Shown here in pieces: positions 22,401 to 35,939 of a stretch of 64,000 bases of DNA. This DNA comes from Hormiphora californensis (lineage: Eukaryota > Animalia > Ctenophora), in the NCBI GenBank assembly GCA_020137815.1, contig CM035352.1:6014001-6078000 (forward strand), written 5' to 3'. Position numbers and translations under genes: made by a program. The notes beneath the pieces are model-generated. The model saw only the letters and a list, made by a program, of their open reading frames with translations. It made no database searches and had not been told where the DNA came from. Position 1 is the stretch's first letter. Every line of letters begins with the position of its first letter.

Positions 22401-23436
22401 CAGACGTCTTGGTATACAGAGACACAATGACAGACACCAGACGTCTTGGTAGACAGAGACACAATGACAGGCACCAGAGTCCAGACGTCTTGGTAGACAG
22501 AGACACAATGACAGACACCAGACGTCTTGGTAGACAGAGACACAATGACAGCCACCAGACGTCTTGGTAGACAAAGACACAATGACAGGCACCAGACGTC
22601 TTGGTAGACAGATACACAATGACAGACACCCGACGTCTTGATAGACAGAGACACAATGACAGACACCAGACGTCTTGGTAGACAGAGACACAATGACAGA
22701 CACCAGACGTCTTGGTAGACAGGGACACAATGACAGACACCAGACGTCTTGGTAGACAGAGACACAATGACAGACACCAGACGTCTTGGTAGACAGAGAC
22801 ACAATGACAGACACCAGACGTCTTGGTAGACAGAGACACAATGACAGACACCAGACGTCTTGGTAGACAGAGACACAATGACAGACACCAGACGTCTTGG
22901 TAGACAGATACACAATGACAGACACCAGACGCGTCTTGGTAGACAGAGACACAATGACAGACACCAGACGTCTTGGTAGACAGAGACACAATGACAGACA
23001 CTAGACGTCTTGGTAGACAGAGACACAATGACAGACACCAGACGTCTTGGTAGACAGAGACACAATGACAGACAGCAGACGTCTTGGTAGACAGAGACAC
23101 AATGACAGACACCAGACGTCTTGGTAGACAGAGACACAATGACAGACACCAGACGTCTTGGTAGACAGAGACACAATGACAGACACCAGACGTCTTGGTA
23201 GACAGAGACATAATGACAGACACCAGACGTCTTGGTAGACAGAGACACAATGACAGACACCAGACGTCTTGGTAGACAGAGACACAATGACAGACACTAG
23301 ACGTCTTGGTAGACAGAGACACAATGACAGACACTAGACGTCTTGGTAGACAGATACACAATGACAGATACCAGACGTCTTGGTAGACAGAGTCACAACG
23401 ACAGATACCAAACGTCTTGGTAGACAGACACAATGA
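19436..23436. repeat. 37-bp tandem satellite, about 4 kb (~108 copies)
   Basis: Unit ACACCAGACGTCTTGGTAGACAGAGACACAATGACAG, highly homogeneous. Confidence 0.97.
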
Positions 23437-23818
23437 GTCATTGAAGGACAGAAACCAGACATAATGGTAAGAGACACACGGAAACAAGGTCCATATTTTT
23501 ATTAAAGTACCCGTTGGGGGGGGGGGCGGGTCAGCCCGTTTTCAGTTGTTCCATCAAATAACACAATCCCAAATAAAACAGCTCGGATAAGTGTTTTCTA
23601 AGAAAATAGTATTTATTCACAGAATTCACGTATAAAATATTTCTGTACTTCGTCTGTCAATAACAAAATGCAGTGAAAATAATAATAACTTAAAAACTAA
23701 ACTCATTGTCTATCCAGTCTGTTATTATTATATCTGAAAAAGTCTGAAAATATCGCAGATCATCACGGGGTATTTCATTTGTAGAAGCGTCATGGTGAGA
23801 TCTGTGCAAGTTGACAAT

Positions 23819-24243
23819 CTACAAGTCGTCGTCTTTGATAAACCGGTTTCCTTCACACCAAACATCCTTGTAGGGGTCGCATTTCCTTTTCGTTAGTACA
23901 CTGGCTGTTCGGTCCTGAGAGGGGAATTAGGAGAGGTGTTAGAAAAGGGGGATTAGGAGAGCTGTTAGAGAAGGGGGATTAGGAGAGGTGTTAGAGAAGG
24001 GGAGGAGGAATTAGGAGAGGGGGTGGGGGGGGGGGTGGAAGAAACGGGTCAGAAGGGTAGATCACTTGTACAACCACAAGCAGACAGACTTGTTAGAAGG
24101 ACGCTATTTACCTGGGGGAGTCTGATGAGTAGATCGACGGGATCTGAGGGTATTTCAACCAGAACAAAATCACCATCAAAGAAATCACCAGATGTTGCGG
24201 AGGTGTTGGATTCTAGACTGCTGTACGATGTTTCCATTTCCAT
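23819..24243 (-). CDS. Possible two-exon 75-aa microprotein (24243-24112, 23914-23819); an upstream exon may exist
   Basis: Acceptor TAG before the ATG, CAG|GTAAAT donor and CTCTCAG acceptor join in frame: MEMETSYSSLESNTSATSGDFFDGDFVLVEIPSDPVDLLIRLPQ-DRTASVLTKRKCDPYKDVWCEGNRFIKDDDL*. Confidence 0.4.
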
Positions 24244-25758
24244 TGTGCTATAAAGTGGGATGGGGTTAATTGGACAGGCTGGTTGTGAACTAGATGGTTG
24301 AGTGGGAGAGGATGGGGATTGTAGTTGTATGGGAATGGGTGGAAATGCAGGAGAGGTAGAGAAGTAAGGGTAAGGGATATCGTATCGAAAGAGGGGGTAG
24401 GAACACAGAATAATTATTTGCTTGTTTTTAGTTGAATAAATTAGCCTAATAACCAGTTATAACAACGCTTATATGTTGACACAAATAACACACAATGTAA
24501 TACACCCCTTTGATTTATAATTCTCTCTGTCGTTGCTTTGACCGGAAAGGCGAGACCCCAAACTAGAACCAGTACCAGACTCTCTCTCTCGACACAGATA
24601 AGGAAACCGGACTCTCCTCTGTTGAGTTGAGCGGTAGATAACGGTAGGTAACGTGAAACTGGATCTCTCTTTCTCTCACAGTCATTGTCTCGAAAAAAAA
24701 CATAAAAAGTTTATCCTTAAGTTTTAAAAACTAACTAGATCGTTAAAAAAGTAGAAACATTGCCGGCAATGTGCGTTCCCATAAATTAAACTAATTTTAA
24801 AAGGCAAATCACTGCGCTGGCAAGCGCAAAGGTGACCCCATCCATCCCCCGAAAAAAATTTCCCCCAAAAACGGCCCGCTTGCTCACAGCGTATATATAG
24901 TTATTTCATACTTTTAGCCCCTTTTGGCACTTTTTGACATGCCATAACTCCCGAACCGGAAGAGCTAGGAAGCTGAAATTTTGTACTTAGAAGCTTCTTG
25001 TAGACCTCTATCGATGGTAAAAATTTCAAGTGGCTAGCTCTTTTTGTTCAAAAGTTATAACACCACCCCCAAAACAGAAAATTCAGTGTGGGGATAACTA
25101 GGTTGATATATACATATATACATAGATGTATAGACGCTTTATTACCTTCCGTTTGGTCCCAGTTTGAGACGAACCAGACATCGTACGACCTTAAACCAAG
25201 CGGCATTCGACAGATAATTGTCTCGTGCATGTACCCATTTGGGTGGCGACTCTCCATCTTACCTATGACGCGCGCAATGACGTCACGAGTGACGTCATTG
25301 CGCGAGACCGACTAACTTTTTTCAAACGCCTCTAGCACCCTGAAGACGTGTTCCGATTTCTGATTTGACGAAAAATCGTTACCGGCAAATTGTCTGAACT
25401 TTTAGATACTATATAGCAAATTTTCATAGCTTATCATTTTGAGCCCTTAAATCGCGTCGGAAGTCAAAAATTTGACGAAAAATTCAGCAAATTGAACGTT
25501 TTTCGAACGAAAACTCCCTTTCCTGACCACTGTGGTCCATGAAACTTTACAAGCTCCTTTGGGGTATTGATTAAAAAATATATCGTGATGCAATTACGTC
25601 GTTACGACGTCACTAATTACGTCAAATGACGTCATTATGACGTCTAAAATACGATTTTCACAGAAATTCGTCTCGTTTTTCATATAACGCATCATTTCGA
25701 CAATATCACATAATGAAATAATGTCATGCTGCGATTAGAAACCAAAAAGGGACCTAAA

Positions 25759-26203
<445 letters not shown>

Positions 26204-26336
26204 TAAATTAAGTAACTAAAGGGACATGTATAACCACGAACACAAAACGATAAAACGGACACCCTCCATAACCGGTAGGGCCCTAGATGGTTCAATTCAC
26301 CCTATATTATAGATGGGGGACCTAGATATAGTGGTG

Positions 26337-29300
26337 CTATGAAGTGGCGCTGAACAGAGAATATATACCCTCTAAATCAGAGGTCTGTTTCTCCTGTTTG
26401 TGAAGGAGTAGCGGCCTCAGATCCTGAATCTTGTACTGTTGTTTCCCTGCCTCGGATATCGGCCTCGAGATAATGGGGCTCACAAGTGACTGGAGGGCAT
26501 CCCTGAGGTTCCTATCTGATGAGGTCGGTTTCTCCAAAGTACAGAAGAACTTGTCGACCTTCTCGGGGACCACACTGGGCACTTGGAGAAGAATGTCTCG
26601 AGCTACATGGGGTATGGTCCGGTAGGTAGCTTGGATGATGGCTATTATCACGTTTAGTAGGGTGTACAGACAGTTGTCATGCTGACCATGAACTTGGAGA
26701 GCTCGGAGAGCTTTAACAAGGAACGTGTGGGTAGCAGCGGGAGACAGAGGTATGCCTTTAGCAGCCATCATCTTGAGGGCAGTATGGGCCATGGCACAAG
26801 CCCGGTTAGATGACACTCCATCGCCCCATGACATGGAGCTGAAAACAGAGATGAGAAGAGGGGCTGAGACATCGCGGTTTGTGATTAGATGTTCTGTCAC
26901 GCTGTTCAGACTTCTTCGCTTTTTCTCACTCTTCGTCTTTCGGCTGAGAGATAGAAAGAAAGTTGGTATTAGTGGACTGGAGGTAAATGTTGAGAAGGTG
27001 GAGATATGAATACAAGTTGATAGTTACCACGGGGGCATTAAAAAGGGTTGGTTTAAAAAAACATTTTTTACCTCAGAAAGTGGGACAGTAGTTCACAGTA
27101 TTCACGAGTAACAATAAGCACCATGTGGTCGTTGAAGATCTCATCAAGTTCCGCACTGGACTCAGAGTAGTCGTCTGAAGAGGATAGGGAGAGAGAAGAG
27201 GGGAGAGGATAGGGAGAATAGGGAGATGATAGGGAGAGGATAGGGAGAGAGACGAGAAGAATGGAAAGGATAGGGAGAGAGAAGAGATTGGAGAAGAAGG
27301 CTGAGAAGGGGTTAGAGTAAAGGTAAATATTCTATAGAAAGAGTACACCCCTAGAGCTAGTCAAGCTAATATGTTTGTATTTCTCATATTTTGTCCACGA
27401 GTGTGGTGCGAGAGAAATCCAGCCATCGTCTGAGTGCCCCCTAAATACCCCACACCTCAAGTTAACTCAATTTTCTCTTATCTTGTCGTGACGAGATAAC
27501 AGTGTCTCAGAACCACATCACAACCCAACGCGTGGTGCGGCACTGACGCGATGTTTGAATGTGACCGGTGTGAGAACTGATAGATATACAGCTGCAAACT
27601 GATACAGACAAGAGGTCACATTATTGCTTAGAAAACACGAACCTAGTGGGGGGCAATAGGGGGGGTCGTCATGTTAATTTTGTTAATGTTTTGTTAATTA
27701 ACAAACGACCCTTGGTGAAACATTAACAAAATTAACAAAATTAACAAAATTAACAAAAATCGCGTTTTAGATGTTTTTAGTCGGTTTATAGCTGTTTTAT
27801 GTGTTTTTAGGTGTGTTTAGGTGTTTCTATCATAAACTCACTATCTCCCATGGCAGATATTTCATAGCTAGGATAATTGTTTGGATTTCATCAAAGGTTT
27901 TGAGGTAAGAAAAGGGTCATTATAACAAAGGAGGGGTATACGAGTAAAGAACACCAGTTTAATGTATAAATAGTGCGGTAATATGACGAAAAATTTTCGG
28001 CATAATCGTTCTAAAGCTAATTCCACTTCTAGGATACTCTATAGGGTCCCTAGAAACAACCCCTGAAGTTGTCGCAAGATCGGCGATAAAGAAATTGCAT
28101 TAATTGGGCCTGATTGGTTACAGGGTGCTTTAAGCCTGAAGCCAAAATAGCTATGTTAGGAAAGGAGTAGAGACTAAACCGAGGGCACTAAAATGGCCAG
28201 CGTCCTCGCATTAGTGGGGGTAGGTGCTGGAATTAAGTCTCTATCTCATTTGGTTAATTAGTTAATTGGATAATTAGATCTGCACGTAGCCGTTTTCGGC
28301 CATATGGCTGTAGCCACTTAGGAATGGTTTAGAGACATTTCACTGGTGCCACCTTGTAGACAATGGCCAAGTTATGGGGGGTCGACGTCGGACTTTTAAG
28401 CTCTATCTCCAACCGTTTAGCCGTTATTTGGCTTTAAAGGTGCTCAAAACGGTAAAAAGCCCGATTTTGAGCAAACCAAATAACGGCTAAACGGTTGGAG
28501 ATAGAGCATAAAAGTCCGACGTCGACCACCCACAACTTGGCCATTGTCTACAAGATGGCACCCGTGAAATGTCTCTAAACCATTCCTAAGTGGCTATAGC
28601 CATATGGCCGAAAACGGCTATGTACAGATCTAATTATCCAATTAACTAATTAACCAGATGAGATAGAGACTTAATTCCAGCACCTACCCCCACTAATGCG
28701 AGGACGCTGATCACTTTAGTGCCCTCGGTTTTGTCTATACTCCTATTTTAAGGGTACTTATGGTTTTGGCTTCAGGCTGAAAGCACCCTGTAACCAATTA
28801 GGCCCAATTAAGGCAAGTTCTTCATCGCCGATCTTGCGACAACTTCAGCGGTTGATTCTAGGGACCCTATAGAGTACCCTAGAAGTGGAATTAGCTTTAG
28901 AACGATTATGCCGAACAATTTTCGTCATATTACCGCACTAGTGGCGGGTCAAAAAAATTCAAAAAAAAATTCACAAAAAAAAATTCAAAAAAATTTTTGG
29001 GGAAAAAATCCTGCCACTAAATCGGGGTGCCACTAAATCGGGGGCCATTAAATCGGGGTTCGACTGTATATCAGTGTTGATTGGATGGGTAGTACGTATA
29101 ATATTGTCAAAAATAACGCAAATGATCTATTAAAGCGGGATTAAAAGCTTCAAAAAGACTTAGAAAAGCTTCTTTTTTTTGTTAATAATCATACTATTAT
29201 TAAAGCAAATAGGGAAATCCCATGTCCCGTTTTTTAACCAAATATGGCACAAAATTCCTGGAAATGGCCTTTTGCACGTGTTGTCCCTAGAGGGACCCTG

Positions 29301-32300
29301 GCAACCTGCCAGCTTGAGCCTTAAACTGCACGTGCATCCTTGATTCATCTTACTGCCGGTTGTGTGATTGATCGTTTGCTCGATTTGATCTGTTCACCAC
29401 GTTTCGTGAACATGACTACTCAACTTCAACACAATCGCCAGCGAGTTTGGAGGAGCCATATGTCCCAAACTGGCGCTGACGCCTATAGACTACGTGATAG
29501 AATCCTACAAAAGAGGTGATTATTATTCAAAAAAAGTTGTCAACACACGTAATAACAAAGTATAAATGGCACTAATAAGAAATGACAGTAATACGTGAAA
29601 GAATTTTGCCAATGTACTCCTTCATAAAATACTTCAGGACCTGGCAAAAGAGGACCCGTGGTTTTTCTGTCGAAAGAATCCCTGTGGTTAATTTACCTGA
29701 TAAATTTACTGATTTAAAAAATTTCAAATGATACTACCTTATTTGCTTAGTTTACTGTATGACCATCCCTGACATTCGCCCGTAGGGCGAGCGGGCTTAC
29801 TAGTGTTAATAATGTTAATAATGTTAATGTTAACATTTTAAAAATTTTCATGAAACATTAACATTAACATGACGACCCCCCCGGGCAATATCACGTATTG
29901 TGCCATCTGGAGATATTTTGGGAATGAAAGACAATACCTAGATAGATGAAGCAAGAGCGATAGAAAGAGAAGAAGAGAGATAGAGGGGGGGGGGGGAACA
30001 GAGTGTATTGAATTCCAGGAAAATAGAGAATTCGCGAGAATAATATGCTATATGCCTTGCTCGACCATTTCTCTCAGAGCCCCAAAACAAATTAAACCTA
30101 CTTTCTTCTGCAGAAGTGTATAATAAACCTACCTGACGAGAGACGGAGTTTTCGTGCCTGAATCTCTTCCCAGTCCTCAGAGAGACGCTTATAAACTGTC
30201 TCTAGGGTAACCTGACGAGAAGAGTTGGTGTTACCATGGTAACCCACTACACAACGTTGCTGCTCATTAGGGGGAACAACCAGCAGGAACACTATAATGG
30301 AACACTATGGAACACTATGGAACACTATAATGGAACACATGTTCAGGGTTATGGGGTAGATAGCAATACTGCAACATACAAGTTACAACACCAATAAAGC
30401 ATGGCAACCGGGTATTGGCACATCAAGAAGAATAACACTGCAGCAGCAACTTAGTAGTTCCTAGCTAACCCCACCATCAGCTCTACATATAGTACCTGCC
30501 CCCCCCCCACAGTCGTACCCTGCTATTCTACATAGTACCTGCCCCCCACAGTCGTACCCTGCTATTCTACATAGTACCTGCACCCCCCACAGTCGTACCC
30601 TGCTATTCTACATAGTACCTGCCCCCCCACAGTCGTACCCTGCTATTGTACATAGTACCTGCCCCCCCCACAGTCGTACCCTGCTATTCTACATAGTATC
30701 CTAACATTCTAAATAGTATCTGCCCTGGTCCCGCAGTATACCTAGATCCCTACAGTTACATACCTGGAGAACAGGAAGACACTTTCCGAATTCCTCAAAG
30801 GGACAGTTCACTATGAATGGCTGTATCACTGAGTGGAGCATAGCCTTGATTCGTGGTGCCTAGAAGATCACATTGTTAAAACTAAATCGATTTTCTAATT
30901 GACTTGGTGGCTATTTTAAGAACGTAGTCAGACAATTCATCTCACAACATATTGGATGTGGTACCTGTATAGTGGGAAGGAACCGCACGTAACAGTCCAT
31001 GATCACATTTGGTAGGGGCTCCCATTGGAAGACACTATTGCTCTGATGATCACAGATACTCTCTACAAATTGGTTGGAGTAGTCCGTCAATGCTACCATG
31101 TTCATTCTGTGGGAGAGAGAGGTATCATATCTTGGTATTGGTTGGGGGGAGAGAGAGGTATTGGTATCTACATGAAGTAGGCAGGGGGGGGGGAGGTATC
31201 TGCATGAAGTAGGGGGGAGAGGTATCTTGGTATCTATATGAAGTAGGGGGGTTGGGAGGTATTAGTATCCGTTAACCTGTATACAAAATATTGACCTGCT
31301 TAATATATTTGCTGTCTGGTCTACTTGCAAACATCCTTACTCTTATCAGTACTTCGTGACATGAAATATGAACTGGGGGTTGAAAAACAAGACTGATCAC
31401 GCCGAACTTCTACCCTTGAATCCTACAGTCTACCTGTCTGGCGGTGCCATACACATCGGGTGGGGGCACACATCGGTCTACTACCTATATAGAGTACAGT
31501 ACAGTTCTCTTCACTAGTTAGCTGGGGAGGGGTGGGGGCTGTCATCGGGGGGAGGGGGGGGGGTCATATCTCACCTGAAGGTAGTAGTGCTGTCAGATCG
31601 TTTATCTAGCAGGGTACAGTACAGCATCTTAGTCTCCTTATCGGGCTCCAATGGGCCCTTTAACCAGGGGTAGTCCTTGTTGTTAGTGGAACACCAAAAC
31701 ATGTTAACCAGTCGATTAATGGTGAACACCCGTTCTAGGTAGGGGAACACCATCCCAAATGCAGGTGTCATTGTTGAGGGGGTGGTTGAGGGTTTAGTAA
31801 ACCGTTTACTAATGGCACATAGCACCGCCAGAGATAGCCGGAGTTGTCTAGTTTTTACACCTGCAGTTGTAGTAGCCACTGTGCCTGGAGTAATCTGGAA
31901 ACGGAGAGAGAACTAAATTAAATTAAACTAATTTTTAGTAGCCCCTACATATATCAAGGTTTTCAAACTTTAACCGCTAGTATTTTTAAAACATTTGCTG
32001 ACTACAGCTGATAAATTTAAAGTGAGAGAGAACAGCCCCGATTTTGATGAAACTTGGTCAGAATAGTGTTTGGTGTCTAATTAGAAGTCAAAAAAATTTT
32101 TAGTGCTCAAATCCTAAATTTAGGATTTTTAGGTTTTTTAGGTTTTTCGGCTTTTATGGGTTTCAGGAACGTTCTAGAACAAAATGAATAAAACCATCTT
32201 TCTCGGCATTAATTCTGCATCGATTATAGTGGTTATAAACCTTTCTATGACGTAAGGTTCAGAAGTTATCGCGAAAAAGCCCAAACGGGTACATGTGTTA

Positions 32301-35300
32301 GGGGCGGGTTCATGTTTTAGGCTAACCGGCGAACCTCTTGTCAGAACACCATGTTATAGGGTGTCAATCGACGCGTATTGATAAGGAGATCATTTTAGTG
32401 AAAGTTATTTTGATCTGCGATGTCTGTGTAACGAATGAAACCTAAAAAACCTTACTGAATGAAGCATACCCGTTTGGTTAAAACATGTGGTAAGGTTTTT
32501 TAGGTTTCATTCGTTACACAGACATCGCAGATCCAAATAATTTTCACTAAAATGATCTCCTTATCAATACGCGTCGATTGACACCCTATAACATGGTGTT
32601 CTGACAAGAGGTTCGCCGGTTAGCCTAAAACATGAACCCGCCCCTAACACATGTACCCGTTTGGGCTTTTTCGCGATAACTTCTGAACCTTACGTCATAG
32701 AAAGGTTTATAACCACTATAATCGATGCAGAATTTAACGCCGAGAAAGATGGTTTTATTTATTTTGTTCTAGAACGTTCCTGAAACCCATAAAAGCCGAA
32801 AAACCTAAAAAACCTAAAAATCCTAAATTTAGGATTTGAGCACTAAAAATTTTTTTGACTTCTAATTAGACACCAAACACTATTCTGACCAAGTTTCAAA
32901 ATCGGGGCTGTTCTCTCTCACTTTAAAGTTCATGACTTCCCCCGGGACCTGCGTCACAGACCTGCTTTCAACTCCACCCCTTTTTAGCGGACAAAGTTGA
33001 TGTTAGTTTTTATTTGGACGCCGAATTTTTTAAATTTCTATCGATGAAGAACATTCTAGCAGAATTAAATAATTTCAGATAATAAATTATGCAAGATAAT
33101 ACCTCGAATTTTATCTTTATCTAAGAGGAAGTATTAAGCTTCACAATTTTGCTGGGAATTTCTTATCTTTGTTATCGTAAATGCATTTTTTTCTGCCCTC
33201 CCCAAACAAAAGCGTTTTACTAGTCCCTTCCAGATCTATTCTATCCATATTTAAACATGGACACCTTGGAAAGATTCAGATAGATCTAACACTCTTTATT
33301 TAACACATACCTCCATGAATTTCACGAATGTTGGGAAATCTGTACAGTGTTTCGGTAGTTCCGGGTCATCTAGGAAGGTCAGGAGGGGTGTTATTAGTTG
33401 CTGTATATACTGTTTTTGCTGTTCCAGGTCGGGTATGTTGTTAGAACCAGCTATCAGGGCCTCCAGAATGATTAGCATTGGACCGTACCTGGGGGAGGGA
33501 GGGGGTAGCAGTTGGAAAAGGGTGAAGCAGCAGGGAGAATACATGGGGGGAGGGGGGGTGCTTGTAATGTAAAGAACGTGATTGTATCATCTTCAGATCT
33601 CAATCTAAGCAAACTACATTCATTAACCAATTAATAATTACCTTTGATTATCAACAGTTGATAGAAGGGTCTGATACAACTGTTGCATAGCCTGGAACAC
33701 TTCCCATGTTATAGCAGCGGGGTAGTTAGTGACAAATCTCAAGAGACAAGATGAAGTGTGCCGCTGTAGATCAGCCACTAATACTCCCATCCTATCGACC
33801 GAAACATCGCTCGGGTTCCTGAACTTCTTGCCAAGTAAGGTGAAGAGTTTCTCCAGCATTGGAATTGTGAGGGAGTCAGAGAGACGGAATGTGGGCACAT
33901 ATGCATTGATGGTAGATATGTGCCAATACGAAATGAGAGGGTCGGGGGAGTCATATTTAAGGAGGGAACTCAGAGACGCCTGCAGTGGTTCAATTGTTAG
34001 CGGAGTGTCAGATTTTAGTGCAGCTACCATCGCTTTCTCTGTGAAAACAGAGAAATATTTCCAAACATTGAATGGCCGGGTTGAGTCCGAGCATAGTCGT
34101 TCAGTTTGGATGGGGCTGGATAGGATCCCAGACTGCCATTCAGCTACCACCTCCATAGTCTCATTAGGCCGCAACTTCGCTGCCAGACTGACCACCTGGA
34201 TCATCTTAGAGAGGAGCACATTGAACATCTTGAGGAGCTCAAACTTATCCAGCACATCGTCATTCACATCATCCTCTAGTGGCTTACAGAAGTTCTTCTG
34301 GGTGGCACGAACAATGTGGGGCACAGCAGTTAGTAGATCAGTATTCTTTTTCATCAGGTCGAAGTTTAGGAGATGTACCCAAAGATCAACCACAATCCCA
34401 CGAACTGATATGAGGTTGTGGTTGTAGAATATCAACATTAGTTGGAGGTATTTCTGGAAGGATGCCTGGGGTATAGTCAACTGATTCCGTATCGCCCCCG
34501 AGATATGGTTCTCCCCAAGCTGTGTATAAGTTCGACAAAGTGTCTTGAGAAACAGGACGTTCTCATCACTCAACTCCCCGGAACAGATGTCATTAGCAAT
34601 ATCAAATACCATTTTCAGGGCATCGTCTTGCAGCATGAAGTTAGAAAACTCAACATTATCAGATGGAGTGGTTTTCCGTGCCGCTAGATTATAAATCACA
34701 TCTGCAGACCCCTGCCTCAGTTTATTGTCCCTCCAAAGCATGAAAAGTAGGGTACAGGTGGGGGACTTCTTGTCATAGAACGTTGGAGCTTGGAACCATG
34801 TCATAGAGCTAGCCGCACTCAGTAGACCCAGGGCGCTTTGACATGTGAGATATAGAGCAGGGGAGTCACTACCCTCCAGGACTTGTTCCAGTTTCCGCGA
34901 GACCAACTCAATGAACTGGTCACGGCACAAACCCACTGAACGAAGGAGATCTGATCGACGTGAAGGGGTTAGTTTACTATCCAGTTCAATATCCTCAACC
35001 AACCGACCCAGAGCGGTCAATAAGACCTCTCCAGCCGTTGTGTTATTGGCAACATTGCGTTCCACAACAGTTAGGAAGTCAGGCCACTGTTGGGGCCAAT
35101 CCCGTTTAAGAATCTCTGTCACCAATGTAGTTAGAATGTTCCTAATCAACCCAGCCTCTTTGGTAAGTTCCAATGTACCATTCTCAAGAAGGTTTTTAGT
35201 TACAATTGTCCGAAATTCCATCTTTTCGTTATCACTCGTCTCGCCCCATTTAAACTTGACAAAATGCTCCAGAAGCTGATACCCAAAATGACGAATTGTG

Positions 35301-35461
35301 ATTGAGTTGCCCGGTTTTGCTAGCTCGAGACCCACAAGGGGCAGATTTTGGCATGTCTGTTTAAATTGTTCACATGTGTTGTAGGCATCATTCCGCTCTA
35401 TAGCCGTGGATTTGGGGGAGTGAATACAGTTGATGGCATCTGCTATACCTTTACATGCCAT
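26337..35461 (-). CDS. XPO5: Exportin-5. Exons 35461-33642, 33488-33311, 31894-31575, 31106-30965, 30859-30764, 30211-30133, 27174-27072, 26943-26337
   Basis: Importin-beta N-terminus CEQFKQ...IRHFGYQLLEHFVKFKW and EILKRDWPQQWPD match XPO5; later exons (YKRLSEDW, VTREY, LQVHGQHD) match the XPO5 C-terminus; junctions are GT-AG and in phase. Confidence 0.88.
27971..28940. mobile_element. ~970-bp palindromic fold-back element (TAGT terminus, hAT-like)
   Basis: TAGTGCGGTAATATGACGAAAA ... TTTTCGTCATATTACCGCACTA; the arms are complementary up to a centre at ~28455; no TSD retained. Confidence 0.75.
29189..29803 (+). mobile_element. Non-autonomous Helitron
   Basis: A|TC 5' end, subterminal hairpin TCGCCC-GTA-GGGCGA, CTAG|T 3' end, no TSD. 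The empty site (GTTAATAA/TGTTAAT) is visible in copy 1 of the host element. Confidence 0.85.
30490..30700. repeat. Intronic ~41-bp minisatellite (5 copies)
   Basis: Unit ATAGTACCTGCCCCCCCACAGTCGTACCCTGCTATTCTAC. Confidence 0.9.
32016..32927. repeat. ~910-bp near-perfect palindrome in an XPO5 intron, probably part of a non-autonomous element (~31930-33223, ending CTAG|T)
   Basis: TTTAAAGTGAGAGAGAACAGCCCCG ... CGGGGCTGTTCTCTCTCACTTTAAA, with a loop at ~32456-32489. Confidence 0.85.
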
Positions 35462-35939
35462 AAAGCCTAACCAGGAGAGAAGGGGGGATATAGGATGACA
35501 GGAATATATTGGGTGACATGAAACCTATGGAATGTCATCATGTCACACACATATCTCAGGTGATTTGTGACAATTCCAGGGTCCCACAAGAGATGAAGTG
35601 TTGTGGCGCGCGGAGACCAACTTCCCTTGAACAGAGAATTATTCTCCGCGCGCTACATGAAATACTGCCACCCCCTGCGCTAAAGTGGGACAGGGGATCA
35701 GCACCACAGGGACCAAGACGAGAGAGATTTTCTGGCATTGTTCCAGCTGATATGAGCACAGCACGGCGGGCCCCGCATATAATATCCTGGAATATCAGAT
35801 CATACCTCTCCATTTCACACACACGCATGCAGTCATTCTGTAGTATTCAACCCGAAATATAAATTAACGCGGAGCCGACACTTACACACATTTCAATTAG
35901 TTCTAACCAGTAGAATAGAATTTCAAAAATTAAAAGAAA

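Larger units (their letters stand above)
27659..29882. mobile_element. Copy 2 (inverted) of the G7-TIR / 8-bp TSD element, with nested insertions, in an XPO5 intron
   Basis: Same TIRs and subterminal sequence as 16813-18263; TSD GGGCAATA on both sides. Confidence 0.85.

Noticed and set aside
19436-23436. CRISPR-like array (37-bp repeats with a palindromic core)
   Set aside because: Units are contiguous with no unique spacers, there are no cas genes, and the context is eukaryotic.
19340-23487. 1315-aa and other long Cys/Val-rich minus-strand ORFs
   Set aside because: By-product of a stop-free 37-bp satellite; all three frames are open and indels shift frame freely.
33729-35279. Plus-strand ORFs of 232 and 144 aa
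   Set aside because: Antisense shadows of the XPO5 first exon.
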